64,000 nucleotides of DNA from Takakia lepidozioides (Eukaryota; Plantae; Bryophyta), in NCBI GenBank assembly GCA_030704615.1, contig CM060734.1, forward strand, positions 3,534,001 through 3,598,000, read 5' to 3'. Under the pieces are notes generated by a model. That model was not told the DNA's origin, searched no databases, and saw only the letters and a program-made list of their open reading frames with translations. Below are positions 47,784 through 59,359 of the stretch, one piece after another. Made by a program: the position numbers and the translations under genes. Position 1 is the stretch's first letter, and each line of letters begins with the position of its first letter.

Positions 47784-50700
47784 CAACCACGGGACGCGTC
47801 CTCTACTCTAAGCCACTGGACTTAGGTAGGTTGCAGTTACGGAGGACAATTGGGAGCCTGACATTGGACCCATTGTCACCAGAGGAGAGAGACGACGTAT
47901 ACGGCGGTTCCTGAGGGTTTACAGGAATTGCTTTGCTTCAGTTTGAAGGACTTGGGAGTACTGAAGGGTCAAGAGATCCGTATTGAGTTGACCACTGACA
48001 CGCCAATATTTCGGAGACCCTATAGATACAGTGACATGGAGAGGTCTTTGATTCAGATGAGGACTCAAGATCTCTGGGAGGCAGGTTTGGTGGAGCTCTC
48101 GGTGGAGAGTATGCTTCAGCCACAGTGATCCCAGCTAAGAAGGATATCTATGGCAATTGGACGGAGAGAGTATGTGCGGTGATTACCGGCCTGTAAATCG
48201 TCAGACCAAGTCCCCGATAGGTATGCCATGCCAACACAGAGGAGATCTTTGATGCCATTGGGCATTCCAAGGTCTTTAGCACGTTGGATTTACGATCCGG
48301 ATATCACCAGTTGCCGATCAAGGAGGCGGAATAAGCAAAAGACGGCATTCTGGGGGATCAATGAGCACGGGAAGGATTGCCTATACCAGTGGCGGTCTAC
48401 CATTGGGCTTAAAAACGCTCCCGCTGAGTTTCAAAGAGTCATGGACAGGATCAGATTCTAGCAGGGGTGGAGTTTGCTCGGTGCTACATAGATGACATCA
48501 TCATCTTTAGTGCTACGGTGGAGGAGCATGAGAGACACCTTCAGGGGGTATTTGAGCGCTTAAGGACACACGGATTGAAGTTAAATCCGGGCAAGTGCAA
48601 GGTTTCCACAACCAGATTGAGTATCTGGGTCACATGATATATCCTGGAGGATTGGGGATACAGCTAGACTAAGGTTAGAGTCCATTGCACAGGTTCCACG
48701 CCCCCACGGATGTGAGCCGAGTTCGAGCTTTCATGGGGTTAGCAAACTATTACAGACGGTTGTTAAGGGATTCAGTGCCATTGCAAAGGCTCTAACCAAG
48801 TGACCAAGGTGGACCAGAGGAGTGGCAGTGGGGAAGATGAGCAAAGAACAAGCTTTTCAAGAGCTCAAGGCGAGGTTGACCTCGGCGCCCATCTTGCGAC
48901 GACCTATCAGGGGGTGGTCCTTTTCAGCTGCATACAGATTGGAGCATGCTGGGGCTTGGAGCGGTGCTTCACACAGGTGGGATGATGAGGGGAAGCGAGT
49001 TCGTAGTGGCTTATGCTAGCCGCTCGAACAATGCTACAGAGTCTAAGTATAGCTCATATGAGGGAGCAATTGCTTAGCTCAAGTGAGTGTGGGCCGTGGC
49101 ACACTTCAGGTGCTATCTATACGGCAATCTCTTCACCCTTGTCACGGATCACCAACCACTTGATGGAGTCAGACAAGCTTACGGGGAAGCTTGCACGGTG
49201 GGCACTCATCCTTCAAGAGTATGACTTTCAGGTGGTGCATCGACCGGGTTTGGTCAATCGCAATGCAGATGGGTTGAGTCGCAATCCATGCACGAGCCAA
49301 CAGGATGACACTGGAGCTCGGTGGCATGGTGAGACGGACGAGGATGGTGCCCGGATGGCATGCATCTGCATTTCTGTGTATCTTGGCAGCGGAAGGCCAG
49401 GTTGGACCTGCAACAGGGATGACTGTAGATCAAGTGTCTGAGGACCCTGAGGCCAGCAATGAGCAAGGTGGCGCCAAAGATATACATGAGGATTCAGTTG
49501 TGTTGGACTACCTCCGCACTGGAGACACGGCAGCCACTGTGACTGCCAAGGAGAGGGATCGGATCCTACAACGAGCCAAGAGGTTCAAGTGGGAGGGGAC
49601 ACACCTGCTCCGAGTGAGGATGGTCGAGTGAGGATTGCCTCACCCAACACAGCGGGCACGGTTAGTGCGCCATGCCCATGAGGAGTTGGGGCATTTTGGG
49701 GTGCGACGCACTCATAGTCTACTGCAGGGGCAGTATTGGTGGCGTGGTATGCACACAGAGGTGCAACAATTTGTGGCTAGGTGCATGGTGTGTGACAGGG
49801 TGCGTGCTTCATTCAACGCCCCTACCTCCACAATTGCACCCTCTTCCGATCATGGGATTGGGCTACAGGTGGAGTCTTGACTTCGCAGGGCCGTTGCCAC
49901 TGACCATGCGCCACAACAAGTACGTGTTGGTGATGGTGGAGCACTTCTCCAAGGGATTGAATTGTTCCATTGCCTGATAAGGCTAGTGAGGGAGCTGCGT
50001 ATGCATTCTTGGATTGTGTGCTTAGCCGATTCGGTGCTCCAGCTGAGGTACTCACGGACCAAGGGAGAGAGTTCTTGGGTGAGTTTCAGGCTTTTGTGAC
50101 AAGGCCTTGATAGACCACCGCACCACTTCTCGGGATCATCCTGAGACCGATGGCTTGGCAGAGAGAGTTGTTCAGACAGTAAAGAGGGGTTTTGCGCAAG
50201 TATGGCTTGCAGAAGGGACACCTAGGAGATTGGGACCTTCAGTTACCCTGGTTAGCCATGGGCTACAGGTTCAGCAAGCAAGCATCCTTGCCTCCTTCTC
50301 ACCATACTTTCTTTCTCTTTTGGCCGAGAGCCGGATTTGCCTACATCCATTCGCAGAGAAGCTGCTACAGTTCTTACCTTGACGATCCGGACGTGTGGGC
50401 ACGGCATGTGAGCAGCGTGCAGAGTTGTTCAGAGAGTCATGCCCATGGCTTTCGAGAACCTTGCCATTTGCACAAACCGTGATACGTTGAGGTATGCTAC
50501 CATACGTGGTGGGGCTATCGTCCTGGGGTTCGGAGATTCAACCCTGGTGACTATGTCTATCTGCAGCAGACTGCTCCTACGACCCCTGGATTGTGACTGC
50601 AGGACGTTTATTTGAGGGTTCGAGAGGTCTTGCCCTCAGGCGTCTTGGTCTTGGAGGGTCGGATGGCATAACTTGGAAGGACCATGGCGTAATTTTGCGC

Positions 50701-50913
50701 CATGTCACCTTCCGAATGTCGATGGCAGATTGACCCAAACCTGGCAGTGGTATCTGCAGGTTTGAGGTGCATGTTGTGTGGGTCTGCTAAGGGGCAGCCA
50801 CCATGCCGGTTGTGCGATCGATGCTCTCTAGAGGTTGGCATATGGGATGCTTGACTCCACCTCTTGAGATGGTTCCAGATGGGGATTGGTTATGTCCACA
50901 TTGCATTGGATAG
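47784..50913 (+). pseudogene. pol: Copy C RT - RNase H - integrase - PHD (many indels)
   Basis: Collinear with 21896-24941; YIDDII; SLDFAGP; DGLAERVVQ; CMLC...CDRC...HMGC...WLCPHC. Confidence 0.88.
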
Positions 50914-51162
50914 TGGGGATGGATACAACCATGGAAGGCTAACAAGAAACGCAAGGCCCAGGTACTAGGGGACCTTGAACACACGAGATCCTGGCTCAAG
51001 TTCACAGATTGCAAGACGGGCGACTAACGATGGGGCTACTCTTGTACCCGCCCCCTTGGTCTATAGAGTTTGAGTACAATAGGACAGTGATAAGGAACTT
51101 AGTACGGCTGTGGCTATTACATCTTGTAGCTATCTGGAGGTAGAGGGACCTATCCACCAGCT

Positions 51163-51686
51163 AGGGGTGCGATTGTGGCAGACTACTTTATTGTGCAATA
51201 TGTGTGGTGTGGTTTGGACAGCGATGTAGTTGTGTAGCGATATGTATGCGCACGACAGCTGTCAAGTGTAAATAAGCACAGTGTGAAAACAGCTAGAATA
51301 AAACTAGTTATTTGTATTTAACACTTGGATTTAGGTCAAGTGTTAAATCAGATGTCAAGTTTAGTTTGACACCTGGTCCGTCTTATCTCACGAGAGCGGC
51401 AGTCGCGCGCTCATCTTTTCTCGAGTTGAGCCTGCGCGACCAAGCTCCTGCATGCGGTTAGATTTGAGTGTGCTTATGTAGGGGTACAGGTTTTTGGGGT
51501 GGAGTCCCCATAGCTTGGGGTGCCCCTGGCTCGACTACTATTTCTAAGAGTGATGGTGGTTTCATGTTTTGTGTAAACAATGTTCGTTGGTTTTCTATCA
51601 TTGTGGCAGACTACTTTATTGTGCATATATGTGTGGTGTGGTTTGGACAGCGATGTAGTTGTGTAGCGATATGTATGCGCACGACA
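51163..51686 (+). repeat. PPT plus B1-GC-A2-B2 terminal block of copy C
   Basis: AGGGGTGCGA then TTGTGGC; B1/B2 about 85 bp; GACA-GC-TGTC at 51254-51263. Confidence 0.9.
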
Positions 51687-54600
51687 AGACTATATTCTTG
51701 CTCCACACTTGAAACCCAAGATGCCACGGTCGCGGAAAGAGGCGCGCGAAGTCTTGGACTCTGTGGGGATGGGCTATAAGATTTTTCATGCATGTCCATG
51801 TGATAAAAACCCTATACTACGGAGAGGATTCGCATCTCACCAAGTGCCCAAAGTGCAAGAAAGACCGATATCGGGATGATGTCCAAGGGAAAAAAGTACC
51901 ACGCAAGGTATAAGCGTCATCCCCCCTCGCATGGAGATTATTTTCTTTAATCTTCTCAATGTATGTAAAGTGTATTCCACAAAATTTAGGTTTTAGAGAG
52001 TAGTACTCATGCAAGATCTGATTGTGGTTTTGGAAGGAGTGAGTGAGGAGTGGAAGGAGCGACGTTTGGTTTTGACCATTCACACCCAAATGAGGGAGAG
52101 GCTGCATAAAGGGAAAGGCATAAGGGTGTTGTATTATGTGTGCTAATGGGATGATTACATGTGGGGGGCGTGGGGTATTTCATCCTAGAAAATGCATTAC
52201 TTTCCGATCATCCCGCGATTGAGGGCACAGTACCGAAGCCCCGAATTGGCCAGACTCATGAGATGGCACGCCTCGCATCGAGCCCCCGGGAAAGGTGTGC
52301 GGGCCACAAGATTCACAAGCATGGAGGCATATTGAAGAGATGTGGCCTTTTCTCTTGGAGGACCCACGACATGTCCACCTCGGCTTCTCCTCGGATGGGG
52401 TCAACCCATTCTCTGTCCAGTCATGTAGTCATTCCACTTGGCCGTGACCATGGTGAATTACAACATCCCTCCGTATCTTTCAATTAAAAAAGGCCATATC
52501 ATGTTGGCTGCCATTGTGCCAGGTGAGTGTACTCATTTCATGTTTATTATTGCCTTCGACTTTACATTAAACTTCTGATCTTTGACGCAATTCGGATGCA
52601 AGATTGATGAGTGACATAATCATGGAGTAAGACGTGTAATTCATTTTGTAGTATAATCTGCATATTGGTGGAGCATTGAAACAATGATGTGAATGTCTCA
52701 TAGGGAAAAAACAAGTGGCAAACATGGACACGTACTTGCGACCTCTTGTTGATGAACTTAAAGAGCTATGGAGGGGGGTCCCGGCATTGGATGCTTCACT
52801 TGACCCTATGGCCGGACAATCTTTTCAGATGAGAGGCATCTTGCTTTGGACAATGCATGATTATCCAGGTATATTATGTTCCCCATAAACAACCCGCGTA
52901 CATTCACTTGTCAATGCCGGATAATATCGATGAAAATTGGGATTGATTGAAGTAGCGGCGACAGTCTTGTGCACCGTAGTGGGGTAGATGGCATTATGGG
53001 CCATGCACATGACAACTTTTTTTTTGCTAATGTGGCGGGATGTGTAGTACATGACTAACTGTTTGCTCGGGCTAAGCACCAAAGGGTACCATGCATGCTT
53101 GCATTGTGGATGATCTTGATGCACATAGCTCCCGCCATCTTCACAAGATGGTGTATCCCAACTACCGCAAATTTCTTCCTATGAGCCATCGATGGAGAAG
53201 AAGAGAGAAACACTTGTTTGATGGCAAAGAGGAAGTACGTCCCCCCCCATGAAACCGTCCGGGCAGTTTTGGGAGGACCGATGGAAGGAGGCCCATGCGG
53301 GCACGGACGGTGAAGTGGACGTGCCCGACATGAAACGATTTTCAATCTTCTACGAGTTGCCATATTGGGCGGTACATATTCCACAAAAACACCGTCAATA
53401 TCCCTATGCATGCATGTGATATTGCACATTTGGTATGCGTTGCATTGTCACTTTCACGTAAAAAAATTTGTGTAAGTCTTTGTGGGTGGGGATATATGTA
53501 GGACCTGAAGATTCGTCATCTTCTAGATCCCATGCATATTGAGAAGAATGTCTGCTCGTCCTTTTTCGGGTTCTTCATGGCACGCCGGCAAAGAAGGGAG
53601 TGGCTGCAAAAGGAGATTCTCTCGGTGTTAGAAAGGAGCTTGAGGAGCAGGGTCGCATGCGCCATCTATGGGCCGAACAAAATGGTGTGGACCCAAAGGG
53701 TGTTGTACGGTGGAAGTATAGGCGCGCACCTTGGCAATGGACAAAGGAGGAATACAAGAAAGTGATAGCCACCATAAGTGCTGTCCGAACACCAACTGGT
53801 TATGGGTCATCCCTCCGTACGAAGTTCAGCGAAGAAGACGGGTCCATGGTTTGAAGTCTCATGACTACCACAATCTATTGCAAGACATCTTGCCCATTGC
53901 AGTACGTGGGACATTGACTCCCGAGGTTCGTGAGACAATCTATAGATTGGGAGGCTTGTTCCGGTGGATTTGCTCCAAAGAGTTGGAAGAAGCAGATTTT
54001 CCACGCATGAAGAAGGAGGCGGCGGAGGTAATGTGTATGTTGGAGATGCACCTTCCTCCCTCCTTCTTTGACATCCAAGTGCACTTGGTAGTGCACTTAG
54101 TGGAAGAGGCTTCGATTGCCGGCCCCGTTCATTCTCGGGGCTTCCTTGAGCGTTATATGAAGACTTTGAAAGGATTTGTAAGACAAATGGCGCACCCGGA
54201 GGGTAGCATGGCGGAGGGTACACGTTGCAAGAAGCTATGTTCTATTGCACGGAGTACATGGCAAGGGTGGATGAGGAAGCCCCTCGGATGTGGAAGGAAG
54301 AGGAGGATGCACGAACCAATGACATCGTTTTGCCCAAAAAATCGAAGAGGGTAAAATTGCCGACCTTGGTGATTGAGCAAGCGCATGACTTCATACTGAA
54401 GAACACCCCATCCATACATGAGTGGGAGGCAAGATACAATAATCTTGTTCAGCAACGAGAGGAGGAGACGCTTGCATGGAGGCGGAACCATCCAAGGCCG
54501 GTTACTAGACGCCCACGACGAGGAGCGGGCCGCCGGAATGTTCCTTCACAAAATTTGCCCATGGAATTGCAGCCTCTAAGTTCATTCCAACAGTGGCTTT

Positions 54601-55689
54601 GGACTTCAGTTTATGACGCGTTGCTCAAGGAGAGGTGGTTTCAGATTTGGTGCAAGACATTGCAAGGGGCCCCTCTCAATTCGCGACCTCATACACGGCG
54701 GTTTGGGTTCACGGTCGTCATTTCCGCATTCGTGCTCTTGACATGAAGCGCAAAACAACCTTTGATTCTGGCTTGTGTGCCACATATTGGCAAGACTCCG
54801 TGTGGGGCAAGGGAGATACACGACCTGCTATGAGCAAACTTGAGTACATTGGAAAGCTTGAGAGCATACTCCAACTTCAGTATACAAGGTACCGGCCTCT
54901 TCTCTTCAAGGGAAGGTGGTTCCAGCCACATCTTGTGGGCCCTCCGCAACACTAGTGCAAGATGATTGTGGTTTCATGCGCGTCAATGCAGATAGGCTCA
55001 ACCCTACTCATCGTCCCTCCGATGAGCCTTTTTCACGGCCTTCAGACATGGAGCAAGTTTTCTCCGATGACAAAACAAGAGGGGGGAATTGGAAGGTGGT
55101 TGTGCATGCTCAGCCAAGAGGAAGACGTATCTATCATGGTCTCGGATCTCCATGGGGTGAGGCAATTGCGGTGGACGGAGAGACTGGTCATAATGATGCT
55201 GATGATGGAGGTTGGGTAGAGGGGTAGAAGAGGATGATGACGCCCGGACAATGCATCCTGGACCCTATATGATGAAGCTCTAGAAGATACGGATGTTGGA
55301 GAAGGAGACGAAGACACGGCCATTGACAACGAGGTGGAGATGATTCGGAGGTGCTTTTGAGGGCCGGGCCATTTATGACGATGACTCGATGACCAAGAAG
55401 ACTTGCAGCTTGATGAGGATGAAGAGGCTCCGGATGATGATGTTCAAGTTGATTAGACACAAAATCAAAGCTACATAACAATTCTCGCACCGAACTGGAC
55501 CCATCCCTTCGATTGATTGTACATGTACATGCATATTGTATTTTATTTCTATGATTCATCAAATATGGCTGTGGCTGGTAGTCTTTCAAGAAAGAAGGCA
55601 GAGGCAATGAATATGTTGGAGCAACACATACAGATGTGGTATCAAATGAATGTCACAATCTACAAGAAGGTCCACAACAACAAGCTAAA

Positions 55690-56369
55690 CCATAAAGAAA
55701 AACAAACACCCTACCCCAGTACCATATGAAAAAAAAAAAAAACTAAGAACCCCCAAAGGCCTTAAACTAAACCTAGAAAGCCTGCCATTGCCTGCGACCC
55801 CCACGCGTCGCACCTGCGACGCGGTTTTTAGGCCGGGGGTCGCAAACGGTGACGGCCAACCGTCGTCATCTGCGACGTGTTTTTTTGAATGGATTTATGA
55901 GGCCGGGGGTCGTACACGGCGATGGCCAGCCGTCGCACACTGTGACCTGTTTTTTTTTTTTTTAAGAATAGGGCAGCCGGCAGTTTGCGACGCCTAGCCA
56001 TCGCAGGGGCCTTTTGCCCTTCATGCCATCATGCGACGGCCTGGCGTCGCAAGAAATGGCTGTGATGAAAGAAGGGTTTTTTTTTTTTCCGGCGTGCGAC
56101 GAGCGGCCGTCGCCGAAAGGGCTGCCTTCTGCCCTTCGCTAGAGGCGACACTTGGGCGTCGCACGGAAGGGCTGCCATTTGCCCTTCATCACTCCGTGCG
56201 ACGGCCAGGCGTCGCCGCCTGGCCCCGGCCAGGTGGCGGCCCGCGGGGTTTGGCTGCGACGGCCCGACGTCGCAAACACGCTCCGCGGGTTGGCGTCGCA
56301 CGCTCGGCGCCGCGGGGCGTGGGGGGCGCTGCTAGAGTCGCAAACCCCCCCCCCCCATTTGCTATAGTG
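55690..56369. repeat. CACTA right subterminal repeats and TIR
   Basis: GCGACG/CGTCGC arrays ending in TAGTG at 56365-56369. Confidence 0.85.
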
Positions 56370-57070
56370 AAAGTTGAAGACCATTTCTGGTTTTGCCATG
56401 TTCGCGACTTCGAGCAACAGCACATTGAAAGCCTGAACATATCCCCGAATGTCATCCGTTTGCTTCAAATTCCTCATCTTGTCCCGGGCGAGCCAGGACG
56501 CATTGAGGGACACAAACTGTCTCTTCATAAGTTCCTTGAACCCACTCCAGTTCATGGTTTTTGGGTTTGGACCTCGGTCGTGAAGTCGTTTCTGCCACCA
56601 TTGTTGAGCATAGCCCCCTCAAATAGGTGGGAGCCACTTCCATCCGATCCACGTCACTCAACTTGGCCGCCCGGAAGTATTGCTCTAGCTCCAAGAGCCA
56701 GGTGTTGAGTGCTTTCTGATTTTGGATGCCCTCGAAGGTGCTGGGTTCCTTGGGCTTCACCTTAAACTTTGCCTTAGTGGAAGTGGCATTAGCCGCCTTC
56801 ACCACGTCTTTCAACGTCCCGCCAAACTGCGCCAACAACCCTTCCCAAAAGGCTGCTGGCATGGGAGACATCTGTTGGTCTGTCGGAGCTCTCAGGGATT
56901 CATCGGGCTCTGACTCCTCAGATTCCTCCCGTTCTTGAGCGGCCTCGTTTTCAAAAGCATGCATCGCTTCCTCAAATGGCCGCTTCGGTGACACGTCGCC
57001 CCCATCGGGCTCACCAGGATCATCATCTTTTGGGCCGTTCTGCTTTCGCTTTGGCTTGCCCGACCCCATG
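56370..57070 (-). pseudogene. gag: Chromovirus gag, 5' part
   Basis: KVKPKEPSTFEG...LNTWLLELEQYF; WSGFKELMKRQF...LKQT.DIRGYV. Confidence 0.85.
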
Positions 57071-57110
57071 ATGAGGCCGATCCCAAGGACGATCACGTAC
57101 TGAACTCTAA

Positions 57111-57122
57111 GCTCTGATACCA
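57111..57122 (-). promoter_or_regulatory. PBS complementary to tRNA-iMet
   Basis: TGGTATCAGAGC on the minus strand, 2 nt from the 5' LTR. Confidence 0.9.
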
Positions 57123-57124
57123 AG

Positions 57125-57849
57125 TGTCGCGCACCTCACTTCGGTAAGCTCCCCTTCAAGTCATAGTTACTCGCTTTGATGTGCGCGCCTAACTCCCAAC
57201 CTGGCCGCCAGGCCAACTCGGAGCTTCGGCTGCTCACCAGGACATAACGGTCCCCCTTTTCTCCCCCAACAGACCCTCCACCAATTTGGGCCTAGTGGAA
57301 ATTCCCTTTGGTAGTTGGCAGTCCGGAATAGCTCCCCACTTCTTGGTCACTTTCCGGCTCGCTCGCTTATTCACTAGTTTTGGGTCACCAAGGGGCTTGC
57401 ACCGTTCTCGGGGTTACTACTCCCTATATATACTTCTGTGACTGTCCGCGGGGGTTTCACAAACAACCATGCCATTTTATGGCGAACCACCACGAAGACC
57501 CTCGATTCCCGGTGATGAGTCGCGGTGAGTCTTGGCCCACCCACCACGGCCCCATTGGACCGTGGTGAGTCCCAAGACTCCCCACCACCAAGTCTCCGCC
57601 CTATGGTGAGTCCTATGCCACCCCCACTAAGTCCCACTAAGCTACCACCACCCCTTGTGAGCCACCCCCACCGCAACCCGGTGTGTGGGGCTCCACCTAG
57701 TGAGCGCCTCCGCCTCCTTGAGTGCCTTGGGCACTCAAGGGTGCTTCAGCCCCCCCCCCCCCCCCCCGTACCTATTATTGCCACCGCCCCCAACAGGGGC
57801 AGCCCCTCTGCGTCCCGACCCCCTGCCCTCAAGGCAAAAGGCCGCGACA
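57125..57849 (-). repeat. 5' LTR of chromovirus A
   Basis: Near-identical to 8383-9109. Confidence 0.93.
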
Positions 57850-59355
57850 AGAACTTTACTAGATGCGGAGGGAGTAATTTTTTGGTCCACATGAGAAAGT
57901 TCCCGGAAATGCCAAGCTTTTGCATAGCACCCAGAAGGAAATCCTAGTCTATATTGTCAAATGCCTTTTTGAAGTCTAACATAAGCAAGGCCAAGGGCTG
58001 ATCAGTATCGAAAGCATGCTGCAAGGCTTCCAGAGCAAATAGGATGTTATCTAAAATCATTCTATTCCTCATGAAGCTCGTCTGGTCAGGTCGCACCAGA
58101 TTATGAAGGAAGGGTTGCAATCTTAACTCTAGGGCTTTAGCAATAATTTTATAAGTAGAATTAAGCAAGGTAATTGGACGATAGTTGGAGATAAGGTCTC
58201 TATCACCTTTGTTGAAAATCAATGCAATCACCCCCTGCGATATTTAAGAAGGCATAATGCCTTTCCGAAGAATGTCAATCGCCATAAGTAGAAAATCATC
58301 CTCTACATGATTCCAAAGAGCTTTAAAGAACTCCACCGGGAGTCCATCAAGCCCCGGCGATTTTAAGGAGGCAAGGGCTTCCATTGCATCACAAAGCTCA
58401 TCCACAGAGAATGGAGCCGAGAGAAGGGATTCATCGAGGGATAAAATTTTAGGCACAAAATCCAGGACTCTCATTCTGCTAGTGGTGACTTCCACGGAGT
58501 TAATTGGCCGCGCAAATAAGTTGGAAAAGTAGGCTGCTGCCACACCAGCCATAGACTTAGGATTGGAATGGGTGGTCTTCGTATGATCCCGAAGGGAGCA
58601 TATGGAGACCGCCGACTGACGCTGCTTGGTCTTTTGAAAAAAATATGCAGACATTTTTTCTCCTTGCAATGACCATTTCACCCCCGCCTTCATTTTCATG
58701 TTCAATTCTTTGAGAGCCCACATCTCAGACAGTTCATGCTTGGCCTGAAAGAAAGACTGCATGGTAATGGGTCCCACCAAATTGGATGCTATAAGCCACT
58801 GGCAGTGAGCGATGGTCTTGAGGGGGAGGCAAAGCCATTACCCGCCTCCTTCCAAACCTTTCCCATATCTTGCACCATAGGTATTGACTTAAGAAGAGAA
58901 GGGTTCAACTTAAATAATCCCCTACCTGTACGATGGAGACCAGGCACACTCAAATCTACGAAGACCAACGCGTGATCAAAGTCTGGTAAGTAGGGGGGAG
59001 TGGAATTGGAGAAATCCAGGAGGAGGCAGCGGGCGAGCAATAAAAACGGTCCAGCCTAGCCATACACAACTCCGGGGGCAATCTATTGTTGGCCCAGGTG
59101 AATCTAAGAGAGGAATGATGAAAACGGAAGGAATCAGAGAGGCCTCTAGAGAAACATAGGCGGTCCCAGGCAGCCTGTTCTTCTGTGGAAAGACCCTAGG
59201 AGGACGGACCCATCCTGTCAGCCAGACCTTCTATCATATTGAAATCGCCACCTAGGATCCAATTTTCAACCTGCGGATGCTGAAGGATATTATCGTGAAT
59301 TGAAGACCAGAAATCAATACGGTCAGCAATCGTATTGGGAGCGTAGATGTTTATG
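57850..59355 (-). mobile_element. L1/Tx1-type LINE, 5' half of ORF2 (APE endonuclease plus RT N-terminus), 5' truncated
   Basis: NIYAPN, WILGGDFN, ARLDRF, KSPGLDG, NYRPITLLN, LDFKKAFD. Confidence 0.9.
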
Positions 59356-59359
59356 GAAG

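Larger units (their letters stand above)
39749..51686 (+). mobile_element. Permuted-LTR, DNMT-carrying Ty3/gypsy-like retrotransposon, copy C
   Basis: TGTCA...CGACA ends; 4-bp TSD AGAC (39745-39748 and 51687-51690); A1 39749-40096, B1 51173-51257, A2 51260-51600, B2 51601-51686; removal restores transposase IADYIL. Confidence 0.9.
39329..55445 (+). pseudogene. CACTA transposase (Tnp2/Transposase_21, DUF4218, DUF4216), intron-containing, split by copy C
   Basis: EARTPLYEG...RTIAD|YIL...HACPCD; HYFPIIPRL; SDGVNPF; MHIEKNV; GLKSHDYH...PPSFFDIQVHLVVHL; DEPF...WKVV. Confidence 0.88.
12573..56369. mobile_element. CACTA (En/Spm) DNA transposon, about 44 kb including nested insertions
   Basis: Termini TACTACGGGAAAAGGGGG and CCCCCATTTGCTATAGTG; 3-bp TSD AAA; GCGAC/GTCGC subterminal repeats; removal restores gag MVFNFVAGL. 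Confidence 0.88.
8383..57849 (-). mobile_element. Ty3/gypsy chromovirus (element A), interrupted in gag by the CACTA element
   Basis: Near-identical TG...CA LTRs at 8383-9109 and 57125-57849; tRNA-iMet PBS; PPT; gag-PR-RT-chromo-integrase; degenerate 5-bp TSD AGATT/AGAAC whose removal restores the LINE motif KVLVNG. Confidence 0.92.

Noticed and set aside
47300-51000. Programmed frameshifts in copy C pol
   Set aside because: The indels are numerous, not shared with copy B and often in short runs, so decay or long-read error is more likely
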